A stretch of DNA of 63,845 bases, counting the filler, from Lama guanicoe (Eukaryota): assembly GCA_013239625.1 (NCBI GenBank). It is 159 parts of 159 records of this genome, joined end to end, with 100 filler letters (N's around TTAATTAATTAA, not from the genome) between each part and the next. Parts side by side here need not be neighbours in the genome. Positions count along the whole stretch, not along the records: positions 34,946 to 35,247 come from PNXV01054620.1; positions 35,348 to 35,649 come from PNXV01054621.1; positions 35,750 to 36,051 come from PNXV01054622.1; positions 36,152 to 36,453 come from PNXV01054623.1; positions 36,554 to 36,855 come from PNXV01054624.1; positions 36,956 to 37,257 come from PNXV01054625.1; positions 37,358 to 37,659 come from PNXV01054626.1; positions 37,760 to 38,061 come from PNXV01054627.1; 151 more parts are not named here. The stretch is one strand, 5' to 3'. Below are positions 34,846 through 48,937 of the stretch, one piece after another; positions within the stretch are counted from its first letter, which is position 1; each line of letters starts with the position of its first letter. The position numbers and the translations under genes were made by a program. The notes beneath the pieces are model-generated. The model saw only the letters and a program-made list of their open reading frames with translations. It had not been told where the DNA came from and made no database searches.

Positions 34846-37337
34846 NNNNNNNNNNNNNNNNNNNNNNNNNNNNNNNNNNNNNNNNNNNNTTAATTAATTA
34901 ANNNNNNNNNNNNNNNNNNNNNNNNNNNNNNNNNNNNNNNNNNNNCCCCACCCCCCCGCCTTTCGCATGGAGCAGGTTTGAATTTCTAATTCCAAATGCA
35001 TGAACCTGCTCCTAGTCACAGCCCTGGGCATCCGGTTTCCAGCTTACCCGTGGCCGGGGAATAGAGTCTCTCACGACTGATTTAATAAGCATGAATCTGT
35101 CTATACTTATTTCCTTAGTGATTTCCTCTTGTCAAATGGCTTTAGCTATTATCTATAGGCTGATGATTTCTAAATTTGCGTCTTTAACCCAGACATGTCC
35201 TATCAAATCCAGACTCATATATCGAACACTATTTGATAGCTACTTAGNNNNNNNNNNNNNNNNNNNNNNNNNNNNNNNNNNNNNNNNNNNNTTAATTAAT
35301 TAANNNNNNNNNNNNNNNNNNNNNNNNNNNNNNNNNNNNNNNNNNNNTCTCTCTCCTCCAAGGTCAAATCCCAGTGCCCCTCAACTTCTCCATGCTCTCC
35401 AGTGTGGCCAGAGCCTCCCCTGCACCGTGCCCCAAGGAAGGAGGGCCGGTGGTAAAGGGGTGGGTGGGGCTGTGAGCAGCGAGGCTGGAGGAAATCTGCT
35501 GGGGCCTGGACTTTCTCACACATGCTTCAGATGTGCAGGGCTGTGATGGTAGACAGCATCTTGGTCACTGCCAGAGCCAGCTGCTCCACCCTGAATCCCA
35601 TTCCCATCACCCCAGGGGTTCCAGTAATAGGGCATAAAGCAAACAAAGANNNNNNNNNNNNNNNNNNNNNNNNNNNNNNNNNNNNNNNNNNNNTTAATTA
35701 ATTAANNNNNNNNNNNNNNNNNNNNNNNNNNNNNNNNNNNNNNNNNNNNTCAAATTTGTACCCTTGTAAAATTTCAAATCTTACCAGACTTTTAAAATCT
35801 CGTGAGAAATCTAGTACCTAGGATGTCCAAAGAGTTTGAGGATAAAATAGTCTTTTGAGCATTTCATTTGTTTCTTTGGTCTATTTTTTGACTCACCAAC
35901 AGTTAAAGACTTCCCAAATGAACTCAAAATCACCACAATCTTTTACATTTCTTCTAACATACCCTGAAGACCACTAACCTGCAGATGTTGGATGCTTTTC
36001 ACTATATCACAAGGCAGAAAAATTATAGCTTCCCTAGAACTTGAGGACTTTNNNNNNNNNNNNNNNNNNNNNNNNNNNNNNNNNNNNNNNNNNNNTTAAT
36101 TAATTAANNNNNNNNNNNNNNNNNNNNNNNNNNNNNNNNNNNNNNNNNNNNAACAAAACAACAAAACGTAAATTAACAAGAAATTATTTACGAAAGTAAA
36201 AGAGAGTAAGTGTAAAAGCAAAGAGTCTGACTTAGTTGTTGTTCACTCAGTGTCTCCAGCCTTGTGTTTCTGCAAGTCTGTTCAGGTCTTCCGATACAAA
36301 TTGCTTTAGACACCGTCTTGTGGACAAAAGGAGGTAGATCCCAGGTTCTCAAGAGATGAGGAGCACTGCAGAAAAGCTAAATCTTACTTCACTCCTAAAA
36401 CATATTCATAAAAAAATTATTTTATCATCCAAACATCAAATGACATCTTTTACNNNNNNNNNNNNNNNNNNNNNNNNNNNNNNNNNNNNNNNNNNNNTTA
36501 ATTAATTAANNNNNNNNNNNNNNNNNNNNNNNNNNNNNNNNNNNNNNNNNNNNCTTAAAGAAGCACCTTAAGTCTACAGTTGCATTAGGAATACTGAGAG
36601 ACGTCATAGGAGAAGCCTCAATTCCACATCTGAATTTGGACTTAGGAAGGAGAAGATGCAGAGGCCCTGCCAGTGTGTGGTTTCAAAGGAAATATGTGTG
36701 CATCTTGGGAACAGAAAGAAGAGACAAAGAACCTCCCACTTGAAGGTTCTTCCTCTTGGCCAATTTTAGAGAATCGGACCCTTCTCTTACTTAAGATACC
36801 ACTCAGTGCTGTTCGGAAGTCAGTGAAGATAAGGACAGACAATCAATCTTTGACANNNNNNNNNNNNNNNNNNNNNNNNNNNNNNNNNNNNNNNNNNNNT
36901 TAATTAATTAANNNNNNNNNNNNNNNNNNNNNNNNNNNNNNNNNNNNNNNNNNNNTGTCCTCCTGTATCTAAACGTTGTGAGTTAAAGCAATATTAAAGT
37001 GACATTAAAGGCTAGAAATCTAATCACAGAAGTGCATACATAAGATAGGCAAGCTTACCTGCTCATTGTTTTCTAAAGTCTGAGTTGAATCAGAAGCCTT
37101 TTAAGTATTTTTTTTAGCATTTTGAATCGACTAATTATTTTAAATGATTGAAGAAATAATAATGGGATATAATATTAAAGCAGGAAGAAGAGGAATTTAC
37201 AATACTCTGAGAATGAGAGTGAAGGATGAGAGATTCAGTTATGATGATCAAATAACTNNNNNNNNNNNNNNNNNNNNNNNNNNNNNNNNNNNNNNNNNNN
37301 NTTAATTAATTAANNNNNNNNNNNNNNNNNNNNNNNN

Positions 37338-37639
37338 NNNNNNNNNNNNNNNNNNNNAGAGAAAGACAAATATCATATGATATCACTTACATGTGGAATG
37401 TAAAATATGATACAAATGTAATTATGTACAAAAGAGAAACAGACTCAGACACAGAAAAGAAACGTATGGTTACCAAAGGGGAAAAGGGATGGGGGAGGGA
37501 TAAATTAGGAGTTTGGGATCAGCAGATACAAACTACTGCATATAAAATAAACAAGGTCCTACTGTATAGCACAGGCAACTACTTTCAGTATCCTGTAATA
37601 AACTACAATAGAAAAGGGTATGAAAAAGAATACATACAT
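37338..37639 (+). mobile_element. Artiodactyl-type L1 3' UTR
   Basis: agagaaagacaaatatcatatgatatcacttacatgtggaat...aacaaggtcctactgtatagcacaggcaactac. Confidence 0.9.
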
Positions 37640-38563
37640 ATATGTATATGTATAACTGANNNNNNNNNNNNNNNNNNNNNNNNNNNNNNNNNNNNNNNNN
37701 NNNTTAATTAATTAANNNNNNNNNNNNNNNNNNNNNNNNNNNNNNNNNNNNNNNNNNNNAGTAAAAATGTGACTAAATGCAAGACTATGTATTCAAACCC
37801 TTTTCATAAGAACTGAGGTAAAGCAGAGTAGACGTAACTTTATAAAGCTGGTTTATACTACTTATTAATTGCATGGTTTGTTTATATTATCTTTCTAATT
37901 TTTCATAGAAAGAATTATATAACAAATAAATTAGAATAATTTTAAATATTATGCCATGCAGTGTTGTTCATTATAGTTGAAGGATTTGGTACCATGGTGG
38001 ATATTACATCATCCTCCCCCTTATCATTATCATCATACCATATGGCTTTTCCAAAGCATTCNNNNNNNNNNNNNNNNNNNNNNNNNNNNNNNNNNNNNNN
38101 NNNNNTTAATTAATTAANNNNNNNNNNNNNNNNNNNNNNNNNNNNNNNNNNNNNNNNNNNNCAGGGATGGGAACCATGTGCGTGACCAGATCTGGAGAGA
38201 AAGATCCTGAAAGAGGCAGGGAGGAGAGGGAGATGGGCTTAAGAACGTGAAGTATCACTGAAAACAAGACAGGAGGCCAATCCTGGGAAACGTCAGGAAG
38301 ATAGAGGCAGAAGACCCTGTTGATTGTCACTGTTAGCAAACCGCAAGTTATAAAACAACCTGATTTCCATCAATTTTCACAGCTCAACAATCAGAGTCCC
38401 AGAAGAAATCGAAAGTATTTTTTATTCTATATAACCAAGAATTTATATAGCTCAAAAAAAAAANNNNNNNNNNNNNNNNNNNNNNNNNNNNNNNNNNNNN
38501 NNNNNNNTTAATTAATTAANNNNNNNNNNNNNNNNNNNNNNNNNNNNNNNNNNNNNNNNNNNN

Positions 38564-38865
38564 TGATTAAAAAGTCCACAAACAAAAAATGCTGGAGAGG
38601 CTGTAGAGAAAAGGGAGCCACCTACACTGTTGTTGGAAATGTAGTTTGGTGCAGCCATTATGAACAACAGTATGGAGATTCGTCCAAAACTAAAAATAGA
38701 CTTACCACATGATTCAGCATTCCCACTGCTGAGCATATACCTGGAGAGAACTCTAATTCAAAAAGATACAAGCACTGCAATTTTCATAGCAGCACTATTT
38801 AAAATAGCCAAAATATGGAAGCAACCTAAATGTCAATCAACTGATGATTAGATAAAGAATTTGTG
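38564..38865 (+). mobile_element. L1 ORF2 C-terminal fragment
   Basis: IKKSTNKKCWRGCREKG..YTVVGNVVWCSHYEQ / IFIAALFKIAKIWKQPKC. Confidence 0.92.
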
Positions 38866-38965
38866 NNNNNNNNNNNNNNNNNNNNNNNNNNNNNNNNNNN
38901 NNNNNNNNNTTAATTAATTAANNNNNNNNNNNNNNNNNNNNNNNNNNNNNNNNNNNNNNNNNNNN

Positions 38966-39125
38966 GGGTTTCTGAGGGAGGGGCAGGGCAGGCAGGGTAA
39001 ACAGGCAGGGCTGGCTGTTTTGGCTCGTCTGAATCATTCCCGTGGGCTTTGGGACACAGGGGTGGTCTCCACTGGCCGGGCACCTGGCCCTGGGGTGATT
39101 AAGACAGAGGGGTACTGGCTCCTGG
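38966..39125. mobile_element. MER54/MER74-like ERVL LTR fragment
   Basis: ggcagggtaaacagg...ctgaatcattcccgtgggctttggga...cacctggccctggggtgattaag. Confidence 0.5.
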
Positions 39126-41381
39126 GGTGCATGGGCCATACAGAGGAGGAGTGGCCCTGGACTGGTTACTTCCCCCCAGGTTGGGCCCCCGGCCACCTCT
39201 ATGCATTGTTTACCCCTGGGGGGAGCAGTCTCTCCCCAGCCAGGAAAGGTTTTTAAATGTCAAAACATNNNNNNNNNNNNNNNNNNNNNNNNNNNNNNNN
39301 NNNNNNNNNNNNTTAATTAATTAANNNNNNNNNNNNNNNNNNNNNNNNNNNNNNNNNNNNNNNNNNNNTCTATAAAAACTGCAGACAAGGAGGGTGAGGT
39401 AATAACCAGAAAGGAAACCAGAGTGTGATAACTAGAAAAAAGAAAAGTTAAGATTATGTTGTACAAACAGAAAAACAAAAGTAAACAAAAACAAGGAAAA
39501 TATTATTTAAAATATGTCCTTAAAAAGCCATCAAGTTCATGTTGGCTGGACAGGGGTCATATGCAGTCCAGAGTAGAGGAGTTTCTGAATAACTTCCAAT
39601 AACATTGTGTCAGAAACAGGGGCAGAGTGAGAGTGAAAGACAAGCAAGTCAGAAGCCCCTGAACTGTTATGNNNNNNNNNNNNNNNNNNNNNNNNNNNNN
39701 NNNNNNNNNNNNNNNTTAATTAATTAANNNNNNNNNNNNNNNNNNNNNNNNNNNNNNNNNNNNNNNNNNNNCACATAATAAGCTCTCAGTACATTTGTTT
39801 GTCTACTGTTATTACTTCACTTGATTACTCAAACAGGGACTTTGCAATTGGTCTATTTGTTTTCTGCACAAACTTCCTGTGTTCCTGATTAAACATTAAT
39901 TGTGCAATTCCTAGTCTTCTCTCGATCTTCTGATGCATCCTGGAGAAGGTATTGAAAAACATTTTATTTTCTCCTCTACTTCCATTTTTATGTTCAGCCT
40001 GGAGATAAGTCTTACTTTGTACTTTGACGCTATTTTCAAAGTGAGTATGCACTACTGATTTATGATTTGGTTGNNNNNNNNNNNNNNNNNNNNNNNNNNN
40101 NNNNNNNNNNNNNNNNNTTAATTAATTAANNNNNNNNNNNNNNNNNNNNNNNNNNNNNNNNNNNNNNNNNNNNCACTGTATACAGCGGGCTGATGGTCCC
40201 TTTCCTTCTTTTACCTGTTTCCTGTTAGGTATCTGACAGGTGGTCTAATTTCACTCACTACTTCCATTGACATTCTGGAATGGCATTGTTGCTATCGGTA
40301 TGAAGAGTTGCTTTACATTGCTGTTCATCAAAGTCATCTTAGGCTGTGTTTAAATCTGCATATTGGTGAGCATCATTGATAGTTAATATCTTGGTATTCG
40401 ATTCTTCAGTAAGGTGAAAGACTAACATTTGAAAATGAGAAATAACTTCTTTATATTTTCACCTTTAAAAAAAAANNNNNNNNNNNNNNNNNNNNNNNNN
40501 NNNNNNNNNNNNNNNNNNNTTAATTAATTAANNNNNNNNNNNNNNNNNNNNNNNNNNNNNNNNNNNNNNNNNNNNAAGTTGTGCCTGCGTAGTTCTGGGA
40601 AGTACCTGTGGCTACTGTTTCTTTTTTAACATTGGACATTCTTCAATTTGGCAAAATGTTCATCAGCCTGGAAAACTTCCTGCACGTTTTCAGAACCACC
40701 CCCTACCTCTGCAGCTCCCCAGAGTGGCCCTCTGAAGTACTCCTTGGTTACCTTTATGCGTGCCCGTTTCTTTGGAATTCTGGGAGTTAATCATCAGCTG
40801 GAGAAAATCCACTCGGTGCTGGAAGCAAAGAGAAATTTCAGTGACAGAGCGTTACTTGTGAAGCCATAAAGAAATCAGNNNNNNNNNNNNNNNNNNNNNN
40901 NNNNNNNNNNNNNNNNNNNNNNTTAATTAATTAANNNNNNNNNNNNNNNNNNNNNNNNNNNNNNNNNNNNNNNNNNNNAGTTTTTACTTAAATAAACTAT
41001 CTAAACACAGCTGCCACAGCTTCCGATAAATACAGAGCAGCATAAAATCACCTGCATTTGGTTTCTTCCTTGGAAAACGTATATCTTTCCCCTAGTTATT
41101 AGAAAATTCCATACCATATAAGACAGTTTTCTCATATTGTATGAAATAAACACAAATTTGACTTAACCTGACTCCTACCACTGAACATAAAACTTGTTCC
41201 AGAGCAGAAGCAGAACCCATAATTAAAAGTCCATCACATGATACATTTACTAAAATACCTAACACCTAATGCCCTTACATGNNNNNNNNNNNNNNNNNNN
41301 NNNNNNNNNNNNNNNNNNNNNNNNNTTAATTAATTAANNNNNNNNNNNNNNNNNNNNNNNNNNNNNNNNNNNNNNNNNNNN

Positions 41382-41464
41382 ACTGTAAGATAATCCATTT
41401 GTTTTGCTTTAAGTCCTTTAGATTTGTAGTAAGCTTGTCATAGCAACAATAGGAAATTAATACA
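41382..41464 (+). mobile_element. MLT1 LTR 3' end
   Basis: actgtaagataatccatttgttttgctttaag...tagcaacaataggaaattaataca. Confidence 0.7.
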
Positions 41465-43894
41465 GGGAGTGAGAAGAAGGGTACTTTTGGGAGGGGAAGT
41501 AGAGTGTTCTTTTCAACTGGTTTCTCTCCTAAACATTGCAAGGCTATCATCTGGGAACTCTGTGTGAGAGGAGACATTTTCCCCCACTGATGGGATGTTT
41601 GCTGAGCTTCTGGGCTTGTGGTCTTGCTCTGCTACTACCAGAGACCGGGAAAAAGTATCGGGGAGGGAGGGCATGGTGGCACAANNNNNNNNNNNNNNNN
41701 NNNNNNNNNNNNNNNNNNNNNNNNNNNNTTAATTAATTAANNNNNNNNNNNNNNNNNNNNNNNNNNNNNNNNNNNNNNNNNNNNCCCCGAGACTCAGTTT
41801 CCTCATCTGTAAAATGATGATGACAATAAGACTTGTCTCAAACACAAGGCAGGCATAGAAAGTGCTTACCGGACCGCTGCTGGGCTGTTTCATGTGCTTT
41901 CATCGTCTTTGCTAGTTGGATCAGCTGATGACTCTCTTCCTCTTGCCTTTTGGTTTCTCGCAGAGTGTGGGTGCCTGGTGGGTGTTCAAAGAGTTGTTGG
42001 CGGAGGTGGTGGGGAAGGGGACTGACCCTGTTGGGCGCTGCCTGGTGTCTGCCGCATTCTACTTACTCTTCATCATGTGCCACTAGGNNNNNNNNNNNNN
42101 NNNNNNNNNNNNNNNNNNNNNNNNNNNNNNNTTAATTAATTAANNNNNNNNNNNNNNNNNNNNNNNNNNNNNNNNNNNNNNNNNNNNGTGTGTGTTTTGT
42201 TTTGCTACAAAGAAGAGGGCTGTTATTATTAACTCTGAGCAACTCTCTAATTGTGGTTCTGTAACAAAAATATACTTTGGGTCTTATTGCTATTTCTGGA
42301 GTGGGTGAGGACGGTGGGGGTGGCAGGGGGTGGGCTTACTCTACAGCACAGTAACATATGTCCACTCTAACACCCCATCCTGATGAGTCAGCACAAGCAC
42401 TTCAGGATGAGCAACGTGGGAATAAAGAGAAGGCATCCTGCACGAGACGTTAAGTTTCAGAGTCCAGGTGCCCAAGTACCGAAATCACACNNNNNNNNNN
42501 NNNNNNNNNNNNNNNNNNNNNNNNNNNNNNNNNNTTAATTAATTAANNNNNNNNNNNNNNNNNNNNNNNNNNNNNNNNNNNNNNNNNNNNCATTACATGC
42601 TGCTTTATATTGTTTTCCCAATCATCTACACGCGGCAGGAAGTAGTCTTATTTTCCTTATGCAAAAGTGAGCTCATGGGCAGTAACTGTGCCATGCTACA
42701 CAAAACCACACTCACAGTGATTGACTAGCACCTGGCTTTGTTTTCATTTCAAAAATATATTTTCACATATTTCAAGATCCAAATTAGGATTTTTCTTCAT
42801 TGAATCTACAATCTTCTAAAGCAATCTTTGCAGTGACCTGAGGCATCCCTGAGAATATTACTGAAGCTATTTTAAAAGGATGATATTCAATATNNNNNNN
42901 NNNNNNNNNNNNNNNNNNNNNNNNNNNNNNNNNNNNNTTAATTAATTAANNNNNNNNNNNNNNNNNNNNNNNNNNNNNNNNNNNNNNNNNNNNTGTCGGA
43001 AAGAGAGACCACGCAGGACCCTACCAAGGCCGTGGGTCCAGAAGAAGTGGTGCCCTCATCCTGTGAGAGCTGAGCGTCCGCGGAAAAGGTCACCCGGAGG
43101 AAAACAGAAACACACAAAAACAAGCACGAACAGAGCGTAGGACCTGCGTGCGTCTGCAAGCCGGCCTATGGAGTCTGTGTGTTCTTCCTTGCCTCTGGAA
43201 AGCAAAGCATCCCAGAACTTGGCTTGACTCCACTTGGCCCTCAAGCCCTTGACCTCTCCTTTTACGTGTGTCCTGAAGCACCAGACCCAGTCCTCGNNNN
43301 NNNNNNNNNNNNNNNNNNNNNNNNNNNNNNNNNNNNNNNNTTAATTAATTAANNNNNNNNNNNNNNNNNNNNNNNNNNNNNNNNNNNNNNNNNNNNCAAC
43401 CCGCAGGGCTGGACAGAAGGGCCCCTTGGTGGGGCAGCTGTGAGGCGGAGGCCCCCTCCAGCTGAAAGGCCACGGCGGATCATGGCCATGCCTCTCGAGG
43501 GAAAGGAGGGGCCCCTGAAGCTAGAGGAGGGAACTTCAGCACCACAGGACAGCTGGCCAGCTCAGCCACGGGCACAGAGGTGTTGCAGGGATGTGCCCAG
43601 TTACAAGCGTGATCGTTTTTATACTGTGCTTATTTCAAACTTCAGTAGACGGCGAAGAAGAGCCGTGTGGCTTCGAATCCCCGTTACTGTGCTGCTGACN
43701 NNNNNNNNNNNNNNNNNNNNNNNNNNNNNNNNNNNNNNNNNNNTTAATTAATTAANNNNNNNNNNNNNNNNNNNNNNNNNNNNNNNNNNNNNNNNNNNNA
43801 CGCCGTTGCCGCCACCTCCGCCACCCCAAACCATTGCACTAGCCTCCCGGGCTCAGGCTGACTGCGAGGATGTGCACTTGCCTTCTGATCCTGG

Positions 43895-44085
43895 CCACAT
43901 GCCTGAGCCCTCCCTGCACCCCTCCCCTCCCTGCACCTATGCACCCCTGTCACTCTCTGCACTTCTGCACCCCTGCACCCCCGCATCCCCTGAACTGCCT
44001 GAGCCCTCCACAGACCCTGCACTCCTGTCACCACTTACATCTTTGCAGTGCCTACACTCCTGCACCCCTGCATGTCCCATACACC
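43895..44085. repeat. Degenerate (CTGCACCC)n-like simple repeat
   Basis: Recurrent ctgcaccc/ctgcact/tgcacc octamers. Confidence 0.75.
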
Positions 44086-46619
44086 ACCTCTTCGGCCTGT
44101 GNNNNNNNNNNNNNNNNNNNNNNNNNNNNNNNNNNNNNNNNNNNNTTAATTAATTAANNNNNNNNNNNNNNNNNNNNNNNNNNNNNNNNNNNNNNNNNNN
44201 NTGAATATCCAAAACCAGATGAAATTCGTATGGTTTTCTGTATGGGATGAAAAACTGCTTTGGTTGTACTACCTCTTTATGTCTGATTTTACTAAAAGCT
44301 AAATCACATAATCCAGAGTCAGTGGCCTCTGACGCTTAGAAAGTGTCTTTACTGTTCTCTGTAAGGCCAGTTCCAGTCTACAGTATAATTTAAAAACAAT
44401 TTCTGTAATTGACAGGGCAAGAGATTCCCATGTCATATCTTTGACAGTCATTCGGCTCTTAAGTTCTCTAACATGACCAAACTCTTCCCATAGTGCGTTC
44501 ATTCNNNNNNNNNNNNNNNNNNNNNNNNNNNNNNNNNNNNNNNNNNNNTTAATTAATTAANNNNNNNNNNNNNNNNNNNNNNNNNNNNNNNNNNNNNNNN
44601 NNNNGAAGGGGTCATCAGTGCCTTCCATGTTAGCACTGTCGTCCAAGTGCTGTGAGTAGTGCATGCATTGTGCTAGATTGAGGAAAATGGAGAAGTAAAG
44701 TGGAAGTATGTGTGTGTATGTGTGTTTTGGATAGAAAGTTGATCATGTATTTTAGATTGGCATTAAAAAGGTAGACAAAAAAATAGAAACAATGAAAGAC
44801 AAGGGGAGGAGTCAAAACGAATAATCAACTATGATCACAGAGTTGTTGGGATCCTTTTTATGCTTGAAGAAGAGAAAAGGACCATCTTTTTCTGAGAAAG
44901 AGGGAAANNNNNNNNNNNNNNNNNNNNNNNNNNNNNNNNNNNNNNNNNNNNTTAATTAATTAANNNNNNNNNNNNNNNNNNNNNNNNNNNNNNNNNNNNN
45001 NNNNNNNCATTGTGCTGTGCACCAGAAATTGACATGTAACTGACTGTACTTCAGTTCAAAAAACCTGAATAAAAAACACAAATGTACTTGGATAAATAAA
45101 TAAATAAACAAATATTTCTTGGGTCTAATAAAATACATCAATTTATTTTTTAAAAAATCATCCTTTAAGATGAAATTTTGTCTCTTCTCCCTGAATTTTC
45201 CCAATTTCTGTTCTCTCCTTTTCTAAGAATTCTATTTCCCTTCTTGTTTTAAAGCAAAGAATTCTGAGATATTTAACAGATAGTTCAAGTACCATAAGAA
45301 TCCACAAAATNNNNNNNNNNNNNNNNNNNNNNNNNNNNNNNNNNNNNNNNNNNNTTAATTAATTAANNNNNNNNNNNNNNNNNNNNNNNNNNNNNNNNNN
45401 NNNNNNNNNNTAGAATGAACGTCTCTGCACATCTTCAATTCTAAGAGATAATTGTGTGTCAAAGTCGTACATAACCCAGGTTGCTGGCAAAAGAAAGTTT
45501 CTTTCAGCTGGAAATTACAGTACGTACACATATATGGGGAGGTACAAGTAAAAAATTCGGGTTTATGTTGAAATTTGCAGGAACTTCAAATGGGATCTAG
45601 GAAAAACACTTGGAAACAGAGTAATTGTGTCTATTGCAAAATACACCATTTGTGCTTGATTGAGGATCCTCTCTACTCATGCTCATTTCTGAGAGAAAAT
45701 TGTGTGTGAAATANNNNNNNNNNNNNNNNNNNNNNNNNNNNNNNNNNNNNNNNNNNNTTAATTAATTAANNNNNNNNNNNNNNNNNNNNNNNNNNNNNNN
45801 NNNNNNNNNNNNNGCCTGTCTGAGGGGTGGCTTCCATCACTCCTATCCACGTTCCACTCAATTCCATGGCCAACCAAGTGGAGGGGCACATGATAAAAAT
45901 GGACATGATAGTTTCAGCCACAAACACCAAGCGAGGTTATGGTGCTATTAGTGTTTGACTCTTTATTGTCTAAAGAGAAATTACCAAGTCGTATGGTTTA
46001 TTTGGTCTTAAAGAGACACCTAGAAGCTTTTGTTCAGCTTGTCACAAAGCTTTGTACCCTCAACAGGGAACTCTGTTAAAATGGAGACATTATCGCACCC
46101 TCTTGTTAATCCCTAGNNNNNNNNNNNNNNNNNNNNNNNNNNNNNNNNNNNNNNNNNNNNTTAATTAATTAANNNNNNNNNNNNNNNNNNNNNNNNNNNN
46201 NNNNNNNNNNNNNNNNCGGGCCTCATCGCTCCCAGAGCCTAGTACGTGCTCTCTGCTGGAGGCCTAAGTGGAGGTCTGACATTTCTGCCTTCTGTCAAAA
46301 AGCTCTTTTTTTCCCTCACTACAAGAGACCTGCTTCCCAGGTGAGGGTGGGGAAGTGACACGGTCCATCAAACGTGCGTGCTAAGAAAGTAGACAAACGT
46401 CACCATGTCTCCAGCCAGGCTTCCCCAGGCACTGCAAAGCCCCGGAGTGAGATCTCCCCTTCTTCTGCAAGACTCAACAAGGGAACAGAAGCACATGCTC
46501 TCATCTTACCAAGTGGAGANNNNNNNNNNNNNNNNNNNNNNNNNNNNNNNNNNNNNNNNNNNNTTAATTAATTAANNNNNNNNNNNNNNNNNNNNNNNNN
46601 NNNNNNNNNNNNNNNNNNN

Positions 46620-46922
46620 TTCTATCTGCACTCACTCCGTAGTTGCACCCATCTGGTCTCATGGCATTTAACACCAACCATATCTGTATCTCCAAATTTA
46701 TGTCTTTATCTGAAGCTGCATCCCAACCTCCCTCCTAAACTGCCTGCTCTCCATTAGGAAGTCTAACAGGCATCTCAGACTTGGCCCCCCCAGAGTCCAT
46801 CCACCAACCTGGTTAGCTCACAGCACTCCCATCCAGGAAGTAGCCACTCCAGCCTTCTCATAGTTGAGGGAAATGCCAAGTCTTAACTTCCTCTCACATC
46901 CCATGTCCAGTGCATTAGCAAA
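46620..46922 (+). mobile_element. LINE-2 fragment
   Basis: tctatctgcactcactcc...catctggtctcatggcattta...gtctaacaggcatctcagactt. Confidence 0.75.
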
Positions 46923-47023
46923 NNNNNNNNNNNNNNNNNNNNNNNNNNNNNNNNNNNNNNNNNNNNTTAATTAATTAANNNNNNNNNNNNNNNNNNNNNN
47001 NNNNNNNNNNNNNNNNNNNNNNA

Positions 47024-47263
<240 letters not shown>

Positions 47264-47609
47264 TGATGTTGTTTTCCTGCTTTTAAGAATAATACATATT
47301 CAATATAGGCATTTGGAAAATACAANNNNNNNNNNNNNNNNNNNNNNNNNNNNNNNNNNNNNNNNNNNNTTAATTAATTAANNNNNNNNNNNNNNNNNNN
47401 NNNNNNNNNNNNNNNNNNNNNNNNNGGGGGGTCCATCAGCCAAGATGGGGGACTGATGTGATCCTGGCACCCACAGGAGGAGGTGAGGTGGGAGGTGGGA
47501 GGTGGATGGGTATCACAGGGAACAAGATCAGAGCCAGGCCAGGAAGAACAGGAGGACTGGGGAGATGAAAGAGGGGGCCAGGGCCTCCCCTTCCTTCCCG
47601 GTACCTCAC

Positions 47610-47702
47610 CTTGACGGTGGAACTTCCACAAACAATATGCAATCAGCACCAGCCCCAGCAGGCCAAAGGTAATTACAATTCCAAGCACCAGCTGTGAATT
47701 GC
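47610..47702 (-). CDS. Transmembrane exon of a type I membrane protein (93 bp, phase 1-1)
   Basis: ctccttctccctcctcag acceptor and AAG|gtgagg donor. NSQLVLGIVITFGLLGLVLIAYCLWKFHRQ is a hydrophobic helix followed by a basic stop-transfer. Confidence 0.75.
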
Positions 47703-48799
47703 CTGAGGAGGGAGAAGGAGTGGTGGGCNNNNNNNNNNNNNNNNNNNNNNNNNNNNNNNNNNNNNNNNNNNNTTAATTAATTAANNNNNNNNNNNNNNNN
47801 NNNNNNNNNNNNNNNNNNNNNNNNNNNNGGGGGGTTAGTTGATACCTGGAATCTTCCACATGCACTTATTGTGTCTAGTGGTATAAAACATAAAAGGCAG
47901 CCTGGCCTTTATCCTGGAAACGTACAGTTGAAAAGAAGACCTGACATGGATAATTTCATTAATGTACCTTTATGCCTGTTGACATGGAAAAAACACTGCA
48001 TACTTTTGGGGAGCTACAGTAGAAAAGAGGCCTGCTTTTTCATTAAGCATTTACAAAGCCTTTTTTCTCTACTGTGTTCCAAGGAGGATTTAAAGAGGCT
48101 CGTCAGGGATCCAGAAGATACAGTAAGATGTNNNNNNNNNNNNNNNNNNNNNNNNNNNNNNNNNNNNNNNNNNNNTTAATTAATTAANNNNNNNNNNNNN
48201 NNNNNNNNNNNNNNNNNNNNNNNNNNNNNNNGCGTCCTTGAAACAAGGGCACCATCTTAACACCACTTGGCCAACTCTCCCTCCAAGAAATGCCATCATC
48301 ACTCAACGATGTTTAAAACCAGAAAAGATTGTTCCATGATGCCTCGGCAGTGATGCGGGGCAAGACTGAAAACAAAAAGTAACCAAGGACACCACATCCC
48401 AAATTCTCGAGTCCAGCGAACCCAAGCCACTCTAAAAGGTGGCGTGGGAAACAATTGAGTTTGAAAAGTAGTGGCAAGGCATTCAAAGAAGGCCATTCAT
48501 TGTTTGAAAAGTCCAGGAGTCACTTTAAAACTTGNNNNNNNNNNNNNNNNNNNNNNNNNNNNNNNNNNNNNNNNNNNNTTAATTAATTAANNNNNNNNNN
48601 NNNNNNNNNNNNNNNNNNNNNNNNNNNNNNNNNNCAAAGACTAGACTGGGAAAACAGAGGCACGAGCCCTCAGTACAGAGCTGTGATGTGAACTATGAAA
48701 AGAGCCGGTATATCAGACAAAATAGTAGCAGTAAAATCTACTACAAAACTCATGCTAACACAGACGTTTGCACTCATGCGAACGCCCCCACGTGCACTC

Positions 48800-48937
48800 T
48801 GTTAAATGCTTTACACCTGTGGTTTCACTTAATCCTCTCAACAATCCCATGAGGTAGGTACCAAAGTACTCCCATTTTACAGATGGGGAAATCGAGGTAG
48901 AGTTAGGTTTAGGAATGACTCAAGGTCACACAGTGAT
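48800..48937 (-). mobile_element. MIR SINE
   Basis: cacttaatcctctcaacaatcccatgaggtaggtac...cccattttacagatggggaaatcgagg...aaggtcacacag. Confidence 0.85.
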
